The notes: generated by a model from the sequence alone, not told the origin. Shown: positions 26,904-37,392, numbered from the stretch's first letter. The stretch is DNA of 64,000 nt from Syntrophales bacterium (GCA_963668175.1 OY764159.1:3936001-4000000), one strand, 5' to 3'. Program-made: numbers and translations.

Positions 26904-27620
26904 CTAAGCCGTCAGTCTGCCGACGCGGCTGGTCGATAGTTTATCCATATCCTGCATGGTGAGAATGACCTTCTGATACGTTTCAAAAGAACGCTGAAGG
27001 TCGATCATGTCGATCATTTCCTTGGTGGCCTGAACATTCGATACTTCCAGGTGTCCGGACAGGATCACCGGATTCTCGACCGCCTTCATCCTTGCGCTGC
27101 CGGGGTCTTTAAACAGGCCCGCCCCCTGTTTGACGAGGGCCTTCTTATCGTCAAACGCGACGACTTTCAGCCGGCCGACTTCAACGCCGTCGACCTCCAC
27201 GACACCTTGGTCGTTGATCTTGACCTTGCTCCCCGTGATGACGATGGCCCCCCCGTCACCCATCACTTCCTCACCCGAGGAGGTAACCAGCTTGCCGTCG
27301 GATGTGACGGTGAAATCGCCCTTCCTCGTATAGACGATGTCCCCCCTGGTCTGGACGGCGAAAAAACCATCGCCGTGGATGGCCACGTCGAGCGGATTTC
27401 CCGTCTTCTGAATGGCGCCTTGGGAATAATCGATGGACAGCAGGGGTGTATGCACGGGAACCTGATCCGATCCGGGCTTCGGCGTTTGACTGATGTAATA
27501 GTACAGATGTTCGGTCTTGAATCCCGACGTCGTGACATTCGCAATGTTGTTCGACACGCGATCAAGCTGTTCTATGTTACGAACGCACAATTTTCCGACA
27601 TCGGTTACGTCATAGGACAT
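26904..27620 (-). CDS. flgF: Rod protein FlgF
   Basis: SNNIANVTTSGFK, TGNPLDVAI.GDGFF, LEVSNV. Confidence 0.9.
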   Translation of the reverse strand: MSYDVTDVGKLCVRNIEQLDRVSNNIANVTTSGFKTEHLYYYISQTPKPGSDQVPVHTPLLSIDYSQGAIQKTGNPLDVAIHGDGFFAVQTRGDIVYTRKGDFTVTSDGKLVTSSGEEVMGDGGAIVITGSKVKINDQGVVEVDGVEVGRLKVVAFDDKKALVKQGAGLFKDPGSARMKAVENPVILSGHLEVSNVQATKEMIDMIDLQRSFETYQKVILTMQDMDKLSTSRVGRLTA

Positions 27621-27658
27621 GGTCTGCCGCTCCGGATAGTCATTTATTGGACCATCGA

Positions 27659-27674
27659 AGCAAGTTACATGCCA
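27659..27674 (-). promoter_or_regulatory. Sigma54 promoter of the flgF operon
   Basis: TGGCAT-GTAAC-TTGCT. Confidence 0.85.
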
Positions 27675-27928
27675 TCCGCATATCTCACGTCAGAACCTAT
27701 GTATTATCATCTCGATATTAAAGAGGATTTACTTATGAGAGATCCGTGAGACCGGGCACATCCTGACCGTTTCTGAGGGATATTTTGGGCCTGATCGGCG
27801 AAGATGGGAGCCGTTCGATTTTAACGGCGGCACCGCCTCTGCCGCATCTGTCGCCGGTTACAGCGACCAAGGGCAGAAGAATGGAGGGTGAAAGACGGCG
27901 GAAAATTTTTCCCGTTCGAGGGAAACGC

Positions 27929-28222
27929 TTACCCCGATTGCTTTTCCTGCCATTGCGAATTCAGGGTATAAACAAAGGCGAGGATTTCGGCGATCGCATG
28001 GTATAGTTCCACGGGTATCTGCTCGTCTAAATCGAGCTTGCTCAGCACCTGGACGAGATTCGGATCACTTTTAATCGGAATGTTGTGTTGTTTCGCCAGT
28101 TCGATAATTCTCTCGGCAAGGAGCCCTTCCCCCTTGGCGGTGACCCTGGGAGCCGAATCCTTGCGATTGTCGTATTCGATGGCCGCAGCCATCGGCAGAC
28201 GTTTCTTATCTTCTTTCTTCAT
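27929..28222 (-). CDS. Standalone FlhB C-terminal-like protein (FlhX/YlqH type)
   Basis: AAAIEYD..APRVTAKGEGLLAERII..IPVELYHAIAEILAFVY, visibly similar to the FlhB C-terminus in this window. Confidence 0.88.
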   Translation of the reverse strand: MKKEDKKRLPMAAAIEYDNRKDSAPRVTAKGEGLLAERIIELAKQHNIPIKSDPNLVQVLSKLDLDEQIPVELYHAIAEILAFVYTLNSQWQEKQSG

Positions 28223-28243
28223 CGGATAAGTCCGGAATTCAAA

Positions 28244-29479
28244 TCAGGCAATAACATGGACGGCGTGCTCCGCATAAAAATTCTGCCCGCTGATATACTG
28301 ATGCTTCTCCTCGGCAATGCTCTTTTCCAGACTGCAGGAGAGAAAATCGATCTTGTAACCCTGTGCGGCAAGGCTGTTCTCCAGGAAAGGAAGCTGCGCT
28401 GCGGCAAAAGCGCGAACCGGTTCCGTTTCGCACTTCATGGTACAGTTGATTCTTTTCTCACGAATATTCGCATCCACCATGACGCTGCCGATGGCATCCA
28501 TGTCCAGGAAGAAGACGACCCGGTACGCTCTGCCCGCAGGGTCTTTTTTTTCCGCATCCCGGTCTTTCTCGATGTAGACTTCCGCCATGCGAATCCCGCC
28601 CTGCAACTGAAAGGGTATTTGCAGCATGAAACGATTGTCGCTTTCCTGCAAAAGGACGTTGACGACCTGCTGCGACTCCAGGGACTTAACCGCGCGGCCG
28701 GCGAAGTCGCCCAGGCGGTTCAATTGCTGCAGGACTTTCTCGTCTTTAACAGCGCCTTTCTCGAAGAGCCGTTCGATATCGTCCGATAATCTCATCAACT
28801 GCCCTTTGAGGTTGTCGGCGGCGGCCTTCACCCTGCCGGCATCGTCCGGTGCCGCCGTCTCCGACTCCCCTTTGCTGACGGCTGTTCCGGCTCTGTTCTC
28901 TTTCACCTGCTCCTTGACGATCTTCATGAGATTATTTTCCAGAACGAGGCCCAGCTTGGATATATAGTCTTTCACGAAATCGGGTTCGCTGGTGCTCGAC
29001 TGGGTGAAGACAATCTCCTGAAAGCTTTTAAGAAGGATTTTGAGGTCTTCTTTGTTCAGGTTCCGGGAAAGATCGTCCCACATCTGAGGCGTCAGGACCT
29101 CCCGAGACTCCGTGATTACCGTCTTCAGTGCATCGGGGTTGGATCTATGCAGCAGCAGATACTCCTTCAGGGGCTGCATTTCTTTCAGCCGTCCGGCCTC
29201 CGCCTGATCCTGGGAGAGAACGCGAAGAACGACCTTGGGCTGAATCTGATCGACTTTGACGGCGATCTTCTCCCCTTCTGTCAGAGGAATTTCAGAATCG
29301 GCTGTGATACGCTGGTTCTTCATGACCAGAACGACTTTCTGGCTGTCAAGCTTCTCCCCTACAAGGGCATCGATGACTTCCCCTTTGGTAAACAGCGAGG
29401 CAAGTTCTTTGATCTTAAAATTCTCAATCGCTTGGCTCAGCGGCTGGGACGAGATATCAGTGAGATTAATGAATGGCAT
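28244..29479 (-). CDS. Second FliK-like protein
   Basis: C-terminal LQIPF..YRVVFFLDMDAIGSV..LPFLENSLAAQGY; adjacent to the FlhX-like gene. Confidence 0.65.
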   Translation of the reverse strand: MPFINLTDISSQPLSQAIENFKIKELASLFTKGEVIDALVGEKLDSQKVVLVMKNQRITADSEIPLTEGEKIAVKVDQIQPKVVLRVLSQDQAEAGRLKEMQPLKEYLLLHRSNPDALKTVITESREVLTPQMWDDLSRNLNKEDLKILLKSFQEIVFTQSSTSEPDFVKDYISKLGLVLENNLMKIVKEQVKENRAGTAVSKGESETAAPDDAGRVKAAADNLKGQLMRLSDDIERLFEKGAVKDEKVLQQLNRLGDFAGRAVKSLESQQVVNVLLQESDNRFMLQIPFQLQGGIRMAEVYIEKDRDAEKKDPAGRAYRVVFFLDMDAIGSVMVDANIREKRINCTMKCETEPVRAFAAAQLPFLENSLAAQGYKIDFLSCSLEKSIAEEKHQYISGQNFYAEHAVHVIA

Positions 29480-29562
29480 GATTCAGAGGACCCTATGGAG
29501 CGGGCCTGGACTTCGACCCGTCAAAACCGCTTCTGAATATGAAACCGATCGGCACCTGCAGA

Positions 29563-30042
29563 TTAGCGGCTGCTCTCCCTTTTTAGGGCAAGGTCGACGA
29601 TCAATTCAATTTCGCCTTCCGCCAGGCCGGATACCCGCGAGATCTCCGCATTACTCAATCCCTGTTTGGAGAGACGTACAACATCGCCGTAAACATTTTC
29701 CGGAACGGGAGGATGATTCTCTTTTGCGGCCTGGTTCTTTCTGAGTTTCTCGATTTGCTCTTCCGATTGACCTATCAGGCCTCGGATAACCTTTTCCTTG
29801 GCATCGAGGGTTGCAGAAATATCCTTTAGAACTTCCCGGCCGTCTTCCAGTGCTTGCAGGAAATGGGTGCCGAATACCTGCGACTCGTCAAGCAATCGCC
29901 GGAACTCGTTCAGGGATTTGTCGTCAAGCCTCTTGATGGGTTGCCGGACATTTTTACGGATGACCCAGAGGAGGAAAAGAACTGCGAGGCACAGGATAAT
30001 ATCGGCAACAATCTGGAGGATGAGTAGTGTCTGGATATCCAT
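29563..30042 (-). CDS. Membrane-anchored coiled-coil protein with C-terminal HTH-like motif (DUF2802/DUF6115-like)
   Basis: N-terminal TM segment; GLSNAEISRVSGLAEGEIELIVDL. Confidence 0.65.
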   Translation of the reverse strand: MDIQTLLILQIVADIILCLAVLFLLWVIRKNVRQPIKRLDDKSLNEFRRLLDESQVFGTHFLQALEDGREVLKDISATLDAKEKVIRGLIGQSEEQIEKLRKNQAAKENHPPVPENVYGDVVRLSKQGLSNAEISRVSGLAEGEIELIVDLALKRESSR

Positions 30043-30146
30043 GATGAAATCAACAGTGTCGATGGGTGAGAAGAGATCGCCGGCAGTGGGTTTGATCGGG
30101 GACTGGATCGAAGTTCATTATGTATCGCCCGAGCAAAGGCGAAGCT

Positions 30147-30467
30147 TCAGGCCTTGATATCAATGATGGACCCTTCGTCGGACAAAAGTTCCGTCGTCCC
30201 TTTGGTTTTATCCGTGTCCTGGCGACCGTCCCTTTTGCGTTTTCCCATCTCCCTCTGTTCGCCCCGACCTCCTTCTTTCTCCGTGATCTTGGTTCCCCTG
30301 GCCTCTTCCGCATCCGTGATCTTTTCCCGCAGCAGTTTCTGCTCCTCATTCAACTTCAAGTCGAAATACCGCTGCTGAATGTCGGCGTGTTGCTGCTGTG
30401 TTTGCTGAACCTTTTCAGCAGGATACGCTTGCGTAATCACCTGCTGCATGTCGATCGCCCTGACCAT
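30147..30467 (-). CDS. Hypothetical flagellar-cluster protein
   Basis: MVRAIDMQQ...EGSIIDIKA; GGAG upstream; Q/E/K-rich. Confidence 0.7.
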   Translation of the reverse strand: MVRAIDMQQVITQAYPAEKVQQTQQQHADIQQRYFDLKLNEEQKLLREKITDAEEARGTKITEKEGGRGEQREMGKRKRDGRQDTDKTKGTTELLSDEGSIIDIKA

Positions 30468-30597
30468 ATCCTTGTCTCCATGAAATGCCGGCTTATAGAT
30501 GGATAATCGACCTGATTCAAACGATTCTTTAATGCTATTTTGCCTTATGGTCACGTAATGTCAAGAAATTTTATTACTATCGCACGGTGTTTAACCG

Positions 30598-31167
30598 TTA
30601 CAGGACCTCCATTTTTGTAAAGTTGACCTCCGTCACCGTCCCCGCTCCCAGGAGAGTATTCAACCGATCGCTGATCTCCTTTTTCAGCTTGTGACTCTCT
30701 TCCGTAGATTTCCACCAATCGGTCGCCGTTCCCTTTGCGGCGACGTAGATGATATTACGGATGTCTACCCGCTTATCCATGTCCGCACCGGCCCGTTTGG
30801 GGGCAATCTGCAAGGCGACATCGCATACCAGAATTCTGAGATTTCCCTTGTTGTCTTTGACGCTGATCATGAAATCGTTGAGATTCACGACCGTCGGTGT
30901 TCTGGCGAGCCGGGCTTCGGCTTCCATCCTCTCCCTGGCCGCCGCCTTCTCTTTTTGGTCCTTGATCCACAGGAACGTCCCCAAGACGGAAAGGCTGATC
31001 GCCAGGATCGTCACCCCGAGAAGCGTCAAGAGAAGAAATTGCCTGCTTGTATACCAGCGGGCGGGTTTCTCCTGTAAATCGGATGCCTCTTTTTCGACGT
31101 CTGCGACCTCCTCTACCGTGGTTGCTTCCAAGTCGGTGAGGAGATCAAGCTTTACCTTCTCAATCAT
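30598..31167 (-). CDS. Second FliL-like protein
   Basis: One TM segment; LNDFMI, IRNIIY, LKKEISDRLN.LLG.G.VTEVNFT. Confidence 0.75.
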   Translation of the reverse strand: MIEKVKLDLLTDLEATTVEEVADVEKEASDLQEKPARWYTSRQFLLLTLLGVTILAISLSVLGTFLWIKDQKEKAAARERMEAEARLARTPTVVNLNDFMISVKDNKGNLRILVCDVALQIAPKRAGADMDKRVDIRNIIYVAAKGTATDWWKSTEESHKLKKEISDRLNTLLGAGTVTEVNFTKMEVL

Positions 31168-31288
31168 GGAGATTCTCTTCTTGGCGGCAGAACCTGACCA
31201 GATTTCTCATGCCCGGTCAACAATGGCGGAAAATGAAATGTTCGAAATGATAGGCCTGATCGGCTGCCTAATTTACCGATGCCCCATG

Positions 31289-31999
31289 TTATCTCAGGTC
31301 CTTGACTGTGGCGCGTAACCGGATGACCGCCTGGGCATGGACCTGACATACCCGCGACTCCGTGAGATCCAGCACGGCGCCGATTTCCTTCATGGTCAGT
31401 TCTTCATAATAGTACAAAGACAGGACGAGCCTTTCCTTGGCGGGAAGTCCGTCGATGGCCTGTTTCAGTTTTTCCTTCAGTTCCCTGTTCGAAAGAAGAC
31501 CGAAGGGGTTGTCCCTTTGAATGCTCTCGAGAACGTCATGCTGCCCGTGGGTTTCCATATATTCGGGCGGAAGGTCTTCGCTGTTGATGAGCGACACCCC
31601 CCTCGCTTCATCGAGAATCCTGAAATACTCCTCCAGATCGATGCCCAAAAGCGCGGCCACTTCTTCATCTTCGGGCGGTCTCCCCAGTTGCTTTTCCAGC
31701 GTGCTGTACGCCTTTTCGAGCATGCTGTCCTTGCCGCGAGTCGATCGGGGCACCCAGTCCCGCATCCTCAATTCATCCAGGATGGCTCCCCTGATCCGGA
31801 ATCTCGCATAGGTCTCGAACTGGACGTTACGGCTCTCGTCATATTTGCTCAGGGCCGACATCAGACCGATGACGCCGACGTGAACGAGGTCTTCCTTGTC
31901 CGCAGCATGAATGGGAAGTTTCGCCGTTACCCGACCGACAATGCTTTTTACGAGCGGCGTATACTTCAAAACCAGTTCATCGCGATTCTTCTTATCCAC
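31289..31999 (-). CDS. fliA: Sigma28 FliA
   Basis: FETYARFRIRGAILDELR..DWVPRS, LSLYYYEELTMKEIG.VL.LTESRVCQ. Confidence 0.97.
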   Translation of the reverse strand: MDKKNRDELVLKYTPLVKSIVGRVTAKLPIHAADKEDLVHVGVIGLMSALSKYDESRNVQFETYARFRIRGAILDELRMRDWVPRSTRGKDSMLEKAYSTLEKQLGRPPEDEEVAALLGIDLEEYFRILDEARGVSLINSEDLPPEYMETHGQHDVLESIQRDNPFGLLSNRELKEKLKQAIDGLPAKERLVLSLYYYEELTMKEIGAVLDLTESRVCQVHAQAVIRLRATVKDLR

Positions 32000-32906
32000 G
32001 GTCTCTATCTATAATTTGTTCCCAGAAGAATTTAAGATGTCCGCTTCCGTCGATAACAGGTTTCTCCCGGCATAATTTCTCTGCGACGTTGACGATACAC
32101 TTGTTGGCCTGTGAATAGGGATGCAGTTCCGAAAGCACCTGCTGCTTCCTTACCGCTTCCTGCATCTTTTCGTCATGAAGGATGAATCCCAGATATTCAA
32201 TAGCCAGTCCCAGGAAATGATCCGTTGCCTGGGAAAGGCGCGCATAGACCTCCTTGGCTTCGGTCTGGTTCTTCACCATATTGACCAGGAGTTTGAACCT
32301 TTTCTTGCCGTGCCGCTGATAGAGGACCTTGATCAGGGCATAGGCGTCGGTGAGGGACGTCGGCTCCCGGGTTGCAATTACGATAATCTCTTCCGCGGCC
32401 ATGTTGAAATACATTACATTTCCGGCAATGCCCGCCGCCGTATCGATCAGCAGGTAATCCAAGTCTTCGTTCAGGCTGTTCAATTCATCGAGAAGGGCCA
32501 GCTTTTGCTCTTTCGTCAGGTCCGCCATCTCCTGTACTCCCGAGGCGGAAGGCAGGATCCTGATACCGCCCGGGCCTTCCACAATCGTTTCCGCGATACT
32601 CCGGTCGCCCGCGAGAACGTGGGAGAGATTGAATTTCGGAGTCAGTCCGAGGATCACGTCGATGTTGGCGAGCCCCATGTCCGCGTCCAGGATCAGGACC
32701 TTTTTTCCCATTTTCGAAAGGGCATATGCCAGGTTGGCCGAAATATTCGTTTTGCCGACCCCTCCTTTGCCGCTCGTAATGGAGATGACCCGGATGTGAT
32801 GATCCCTGAAAGGCATCGCCTCATCGTCTTCCCGAAAAGCGGATGTTTCGCCGGCTCGCCCTTTTCTATTTTTCTTAATCTCTCTCAATCCTGCAGCCTG
32901 GTCCAC
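31992..32906 (-). CDS. flhG: MinD-like ATPase FlhG/FleN
   Basis: DQAAGLR, TSGKGGVGKTN, EPTSLTDAYALIK. Confidence 0.95.
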   Translation of the reverse strand: MDQAAGLREIKKNRKGRAGETSAFREDDEAMPFRDHHIRVISITSGKGGVGKTNISANLAYALSKMGKKVLILDADMGLANIDVILGLTPKFNLSHVLAGDRSIAETIVEGPGGIRILPSASGVQEMADLTKEQKLALLDELNSLNEDLDYLLIDTAAGIAGNVMYFNMAAEEIIVIATREPTSLTDAYALIKVLYQRHGKKRFKLLVNMVKNQTEAKEVYARLSQATDHFLGLAIEYLGFILHDEKMQEAVRKQQVLSELHPYSQANKCIVNVAEKLCREKPVIDGSGHLKFFWEQIIDRDRG

Positions 32907-32955
32907 TTCTTACCTCCGTTAAGGAGCCTTTATATGAAACGACGGCATTCGAAAG

Positions 32956-34122
32956 TCAGTGCAGCATGCGCTTCACCAACATCTCCGCCAGTTTGCCGGG
33001 CGTCATTTGCTGAATATCCTGGGGGACATTCTGCCCGTTTGTGATATAGAGCACCGGTTTTCCCGTCTTTTCAACGACATTGTATATCAACCCGAAACGA
33101 TCGCATTCGTCCGTCTTGGTGAAAATCAGGTGATCGAAATCGAACACCTGGCGATACGTCTCCGCAGCCTCCGCGAGGTTCTCCCCGCTGGATGTGAGGC
33201 TCAGCAGCAGATCGATTTCAATCTGTCCTTCTCCCTTCACGGTATCTTTGAGCCTGTCCAGCGATTCCCGGTCAAGGTGATTTCTTCCCGGCGTGTCCAC
33301 AAGGACGACCTCCTTATTGGAGAAACGGCCCAACGATTTACGGAAGGATTCCCTGTCCGGGGCAATCTCCAAAGGGACATTAAGAATTTTTGCGTAAACC
33401 TTAAGCTGTTCGGCGGCGGCAATCCGAAAACTATCGGTCGTAATGAGACCGACACTGGCCTTCCGGTCGATTGCATAATGGGCGGCGAGTTTCGCCAGCG
33501 TCGTTGTCTTGCCGACGCCTGTGGGCCCGATAAACGCCTTGATCCGGGAGTTCCTGATATTTCGGCCCGCTGCCATGACCGCCGTCCTGATATAATTCTC
33601 CGCCGCGCGGGAAGCCCCCCCGGCGGTCAATATATCATGATCCGCACAATCGTGCCTCAATTTATCGACGAGAACACAGGCCCTTTGCTTGGATACACCT
33701 CCCGCCACCAACCGGCTGAATATCTGCGGCAGCTGATCTTTCCGCTCACCGCGGCTGCGCAGACCGATGACATCGAAAAAGGCCTCCATCATGCCACGGA
33801 ACTCGTCCATATCCTTTTTAAGAGGATTTTGCACGGTGAATCTTAGCAGATTATCCCTGAGACTGTCGACTTCTTTCCTTAGGGATTTGTAATCCCGCAT
33901 ATTTTCATAGGCCCCATGATCCGCCGATTCAAACCCGGTTTTCCGGTCCGGGGAATCTGTAAATGCATTCTTCTCGTCCGTCGCCGCCATGACTTCTATC
34001 AGGCCGGCCTTTTCACCGCCCAGCCGCTTGGTCGACAAGACAATGGCCTCCGGCCCCAAATCGCTCTTGATCATTGCGATGGCTTCCCGAATGCTTGACG
34101 CTTCGTATCTTCTGATATGCAT
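32956..34122 (-). CDS. flhF: SRP-type GTPase FlhF
   Basis: GPTGVGKTTTLAKLAA, DTPGR, TKTDE, GQNVPQD; start MHIRRY. Confidence 0.95.
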   Translation of the reverse strand: MHIRRYEASSIREAIAMIKSDLGPEAIVLSTKRLGGEKAGLIEVMAATDEKNAFTDSPDRKTGFESADHGAYENMRDYKSLRKEVDSLRDNLLRFTVQNPLKKDMDEFRGMMEAFFDVIGLRSRGERKDQLPQIFSRLVAGGVSKQRACVLVDKLRHDCADHDILTAGGASRAAENYIRTAVMAAGRNIRNSRIKAFIGPTGVGKTTTLAKLAAHYAIDRKASVGLITTDSFRIAAAEQLKVYAKILNVPLEIAPDRESFRKSLGRFSNKEVVLVDTPGRNHLDRESLDRLKDTVKGEGQIEIDLLLSLTSSGENLAEAAETYRQVFDFDHLIFTKTDECDRFGLIYNVVEKTGKPVLYITNGQNVPQDIQQMTPGKLAEMLVKRMLH

Positions 34123-34123
34123 G

Positions 34124-36196
34124 CTACAACTCCACCATACCCAGGGACTTGATATTGGCATCGTGCGTGATCTCGTTATGCGAGATTACGATAATATTGG
34201 GGAAAAAACGTTCCAGGATTTTCCGCAGATGAATCCTCGTATTCGGGGAACACAGGATGATCGGCTGGAGGCCTTTGGCCGTAAAAGTGCCGATGAAGTT
34301 TTGGAGGCTCGCAATCAGCCGTTTGACCATCCCCGGGTCGGGAGAAACGAACGACTCATATTCGGTATGCTGAATCGAGTGACTGATCATGTCCTCCACA
34401 TTCGGAGACACCATGACGACGCTGATATTCCCTTCGCCGTCCTGGTATTGCTTGGTGATGGCCCGGGCCAGCGACTGACGGACATACCCGGTGAGCAGAT
34501 CGACATTCTTGGTCATGGTAACGTAGTCGGCCAATATCTCTATGACGGCCAGCAGATTACGTATCGACAGTCTCTCTTTGAGAAGCCGCTGAAGGACTTT
34601 CTGGAGAATCCCGACAGACACGACCTTGGGCACCAATTCATTGACAACCTTGGGATAACTCGCCGCCAGATTGTCCAGCAGCGTCTGAACTTCCTGCCGC
34701 CCCAGAAGCTCATCGGCGTGCGACTTGACCAGTTCCGTCAGGTGCGTCGTCACCACCGTGGCCGGATCGACCACAACGAATCCCCTCGCCTGGACGATCT
34801 CCCGCTCACGATCAGGCACCCATACGGCCGGGATACCGAATGCGGGTTCCCTCGTTTCTATACCGGCCGGTTTCGGGCCTTTTTCGTCGACCGTTATGGC
34901 CAGGTGATGGCCGAGCATCAATTCGCCCTTTGCGATTTCGATGCCCTTGATGCTGATGGAATATTCGCTCGGCTTCAAGCGCAGGTTATCCCGTATGTGG
35001 ATGGCGGGCATTACAAACCCCATCTCCAGGGCCAGTTGTCTGCGCATGGCCTTGATCCGCTGCAGCAGTTCGCCGCCTTGCGAAGAATCCACGAGGGGTA
35101 TGAGGCCGTACCCGACTTCCAGTCCCATGAGGTCCGGCGGGGCAATGACTTCCTCCATTTCGGAGGGTTCCGGAGGCGCCTCTTCAACCGCAAGCGTTTC
35201 CCTTCTCTCCGAAGCGGTAAACAACTGGTAGGCCAGGAACCCGAAGAGGGAGGCCATGACGATAAAGGCAAATTTAGGCATCCCAGGGATCAGGGCGAAG
35301 GAAAAGATGATGGCCGACGCCATACCGATGGCCCTGGGCTGAGAGAACAGCTGCTTCTTGACATCTTCTCCCAGGTCCGTTTCGGCCGCCGTCCTGGTAA
35401 CCAGCATGCCGACGGATGTTGAGACGATGATGGCGGGGACCTGCGTTACCAGGCCGTCGCCCACGGTCAGAATCGTATACGTCCTGGCGGCCGTCGCGAC
35501 ATCCATCCCCTGTTGCAGGACGCCCACGATGAGTCCGCCGATGATGTTGATCAGAAGAACGACGACGCCGGCCATCGCTTCGCCGCTGATAAACTTGCTG
35601 GCACCGTCCATGGCACCGTAAAAATTCGCCTCGTCTGCGATTTCCTTCCTTCGGCGGCGCGCTTCGGCCTCGTTGATCAAACCCGTGTTCAAATCGGCGT
35701 CGATGGCCATCTGCTTGCCGGGCATGGCATCGAGGGTGAATCTTGCCGCCACTTCCGCGATCCTCGTCGCACCTTTGGTGATGACGATCAGGTTGATGAG
35801 GACGAGAACACAGAAGATGACGATTCCGACGGCATAATTCCCCCCCACGACGAAGCTGCCGAAGGCCTGGATGACCTTGCCGGCGGCACCGGTGCCTTCT
35901 TTACCATGCAGCAGGATGAGGCGGGCGGAGGCGACATTCAGCGACAATCTTAGGAGCGTGCTTCCCAGAAGCACGGACGGAAAAGCGGAAAATTCGAGGG
36001 GTCGCAAAACGTACATGGACATCATCAGGATAACGACGGACAGGGTGATGTTGAACGCCAGCAGCAAATCCAGAACGATGGTGGGCAGCGGAATGACCAG
36101 CACGAACAGAATTCCGACCACGGCGGCGCCGAGCATCGCACTGCTGCTCTGATTCAGGGCCGCCATGAAGCCGCCTCTCATAGTTGTATCTGCCAT
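34124..36196 (-). CDS. flhA: Export gate FlhA
   Basis: RIAEVAARFTLDAMPGKQMAIDADL, FYGAMDGASKF. Confidence 0.98.
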   Translation of the reverse strand: MADTTMRGGFMAALNQSSSAMLGAAVVGILFVLVIPLPTIVLDLLLAFNITLSVVILMMSMYVLRPLEFSAFPSVLLGSTLLRLSLNVASARLILLHGKEGTGAAGKVIQAFGSFVVGGNYAVGIVIFCVLVLINLIVITKGATRIAEVAARFTLDAMPGKQMAIDADLNTGLINEAEARRRRKEIADEANFYGAMDGASKFISGEAMAGVVVLLINIIGGLIVGVLQQGMDVATAARTYTILTVGDGLVTQVPAIIVSTSVGMLVTRTAAETDLGEDVKKQLFSQPRAIGMASAIIFSFALIPGMPKFAFIVMASLFGFLAYQLFTASERRETLAVEEAPPEPSEMEEVIAPPDLMGLEVGYGLIPLVDSSQGGELLQRIKAMRRQLALEMGFVMPAIHIRDNLRLKPSEYSISIKGIEIAKGELMLGHHLAITVDEKGPKPAGIETREPAFGIPAVWVPDREREIVQARGFVVVDPATVVTTHLTELVKSHADELLGRQEVQTLLDNLAASYPKVVNELVPKVVSVGILQKVLQRLLKERLSIRNLLAVIEILADYVTMTKNVDLLTGYVRQSLARAITKQYQDGEGNISVVMVSPNVEDMISHSIQHTEYESFVSPDPGMVKRLIASLQNFIGTFTAKGLQPIILCSPNTRIHLRKILERFFPNIIVISHNEITHDANIKSLGMVEL

Positions 36197-36205
36197 ACGT
36201 ATCCT

Positions 36206-37273
36206 CTATATACGGATCGCTTTCTCTTTTAATCCGTAGACGTAAGCCAGTATCTCCGCTACGGCCTTATAGAGATTCTCCGGAATTTCCTCGTCAATAT
36301 CGACTATTTTATACAATAGTTGTGCCACGGGTTTGTTTTCGACGACAGGAACACCATTTTCTTCCGCAATCGCTTTAATTCTTTCGGCAATGACACCCGT
36401 TCCCTTGGCGACGACGACGGGGGCCATCATCTTATGCTGTTCGTACTGCAGTGCGACGGCTATATGGGTGGGGTTCGTTATCACGACATCCGCCTTGGGG
36501 ACGGCGGCCATCATTCTCCGGCGCGCCGCCTGGCGCTGCAGGCTCCTGATCTTTCCCCGGACGGCGGGATCACCTTCGATCTGCCTCTGTTCGTCTTTCA
36601 CTTCCTGCTTGGTCATCTTGATGCTTTCCTCGAATTGCCACTTCTGGAAAGCGTAATCCAGAATGGCCATGATAAGCAGCACCCAACAGGTATTCATGAT
36701 GATTTTAAAGGAAATCTCCCCAATATAAACCATGATGCCCCAAATGCTCTGGTCTACGAGCGGGAAGACGTTGGCCAGTTCGTTTCTCACGACGATATAG
36801 ACCACTATGCCGACAACGGTGATCTTGATGATGCTCTTGACAAGCTGGGCCAGCGCCTGAATAGAGACGAGATTTTTCAGACCGTTGATCGGGTTCATTT
36901 TTGACAATTGGGGCTTAATGACCTCCGGAGTAATCTTCAGGCCCACCTGGAATACGTTGGCCAAAAAGCCGACGATGCCGAGTGTCAGGAGCAAGGGCCA
37001 AAGCAGCATGAACACCTTGATGACATACCCGGAAAGAAGCGCCTGGATATTGTCGGTGCTTAAGGTCGTCTGGCTCGATACCCGGAAAGTGGCCTTCATG
37101 ATATCCATGAGATCGAGAAGCATCCGGCTGGTCCCGAAATAAAAGAAGATCAGGCTGGCAATCAGGATGGCAACGGACGTCACCTCCATGCTTTTAGCGA
37201 CCTGGCCTTTTTTCCTGGTCTCTTCCCGGCGCTTCCCGGTTGCTTTTTCGGTTTTTGACGGATCTTTGGCCAC
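36206..37273 (-). CDS. flhB: Export switch FlhB
   Basis: KTEKAT, KMTKQEVKDE, NPTH autocleavage motif. Confidence 0.98.
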   Translation of the reverse strand: MAKDPSKTEKATGKRREETRKKGQVAKSMEVTSVAILIASLIFFYFGTSRMLLDLMDIMKATFRVSSQTTLSTDNIQALLSGYVIKVFMLLWPLLLTLGIVGFLANVFQVGLKITPEVIKPQLSKMNPINGLKNLVSIQALAQLVKSIIKITVVGIVVYIVVRNELANVFPLVDQSIWGIMVYIGEISFKIIMNTCWVLLIMAILDYAFQKWQFEESIKMTKQEVKDEQRQIEGDPAVRGKIRSLQRQAARRRMMAAVPKADVVITNPTHIAVALQYEQHKMMAPVVVAKGTGVIAERIKAIAEENGVPVVENKPVAQLLYKIVDIDEEIPENLYKAVAEILAYVYGLKEKAIRI

Positions 37274-37392
37274 GATGTACCTATCTGTTTAATGACAATG
37301 GCGTCAAAAAGTCAGCGGTCTGGTCCGGCGGGAACCGGACGCCATCGGTCGCCCCGCTTTCTCCGGCATATTTCCGCTGTATCTTGCATGAT

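Noticed and set aside
33989..35422. 477 aa plus-strand ORF and similar long antisense ORFs across the cluster
   Set aside because: They lie opposite well-conserved flagellar genes such as flhA and are expected shadows of GC-rich codon usage.
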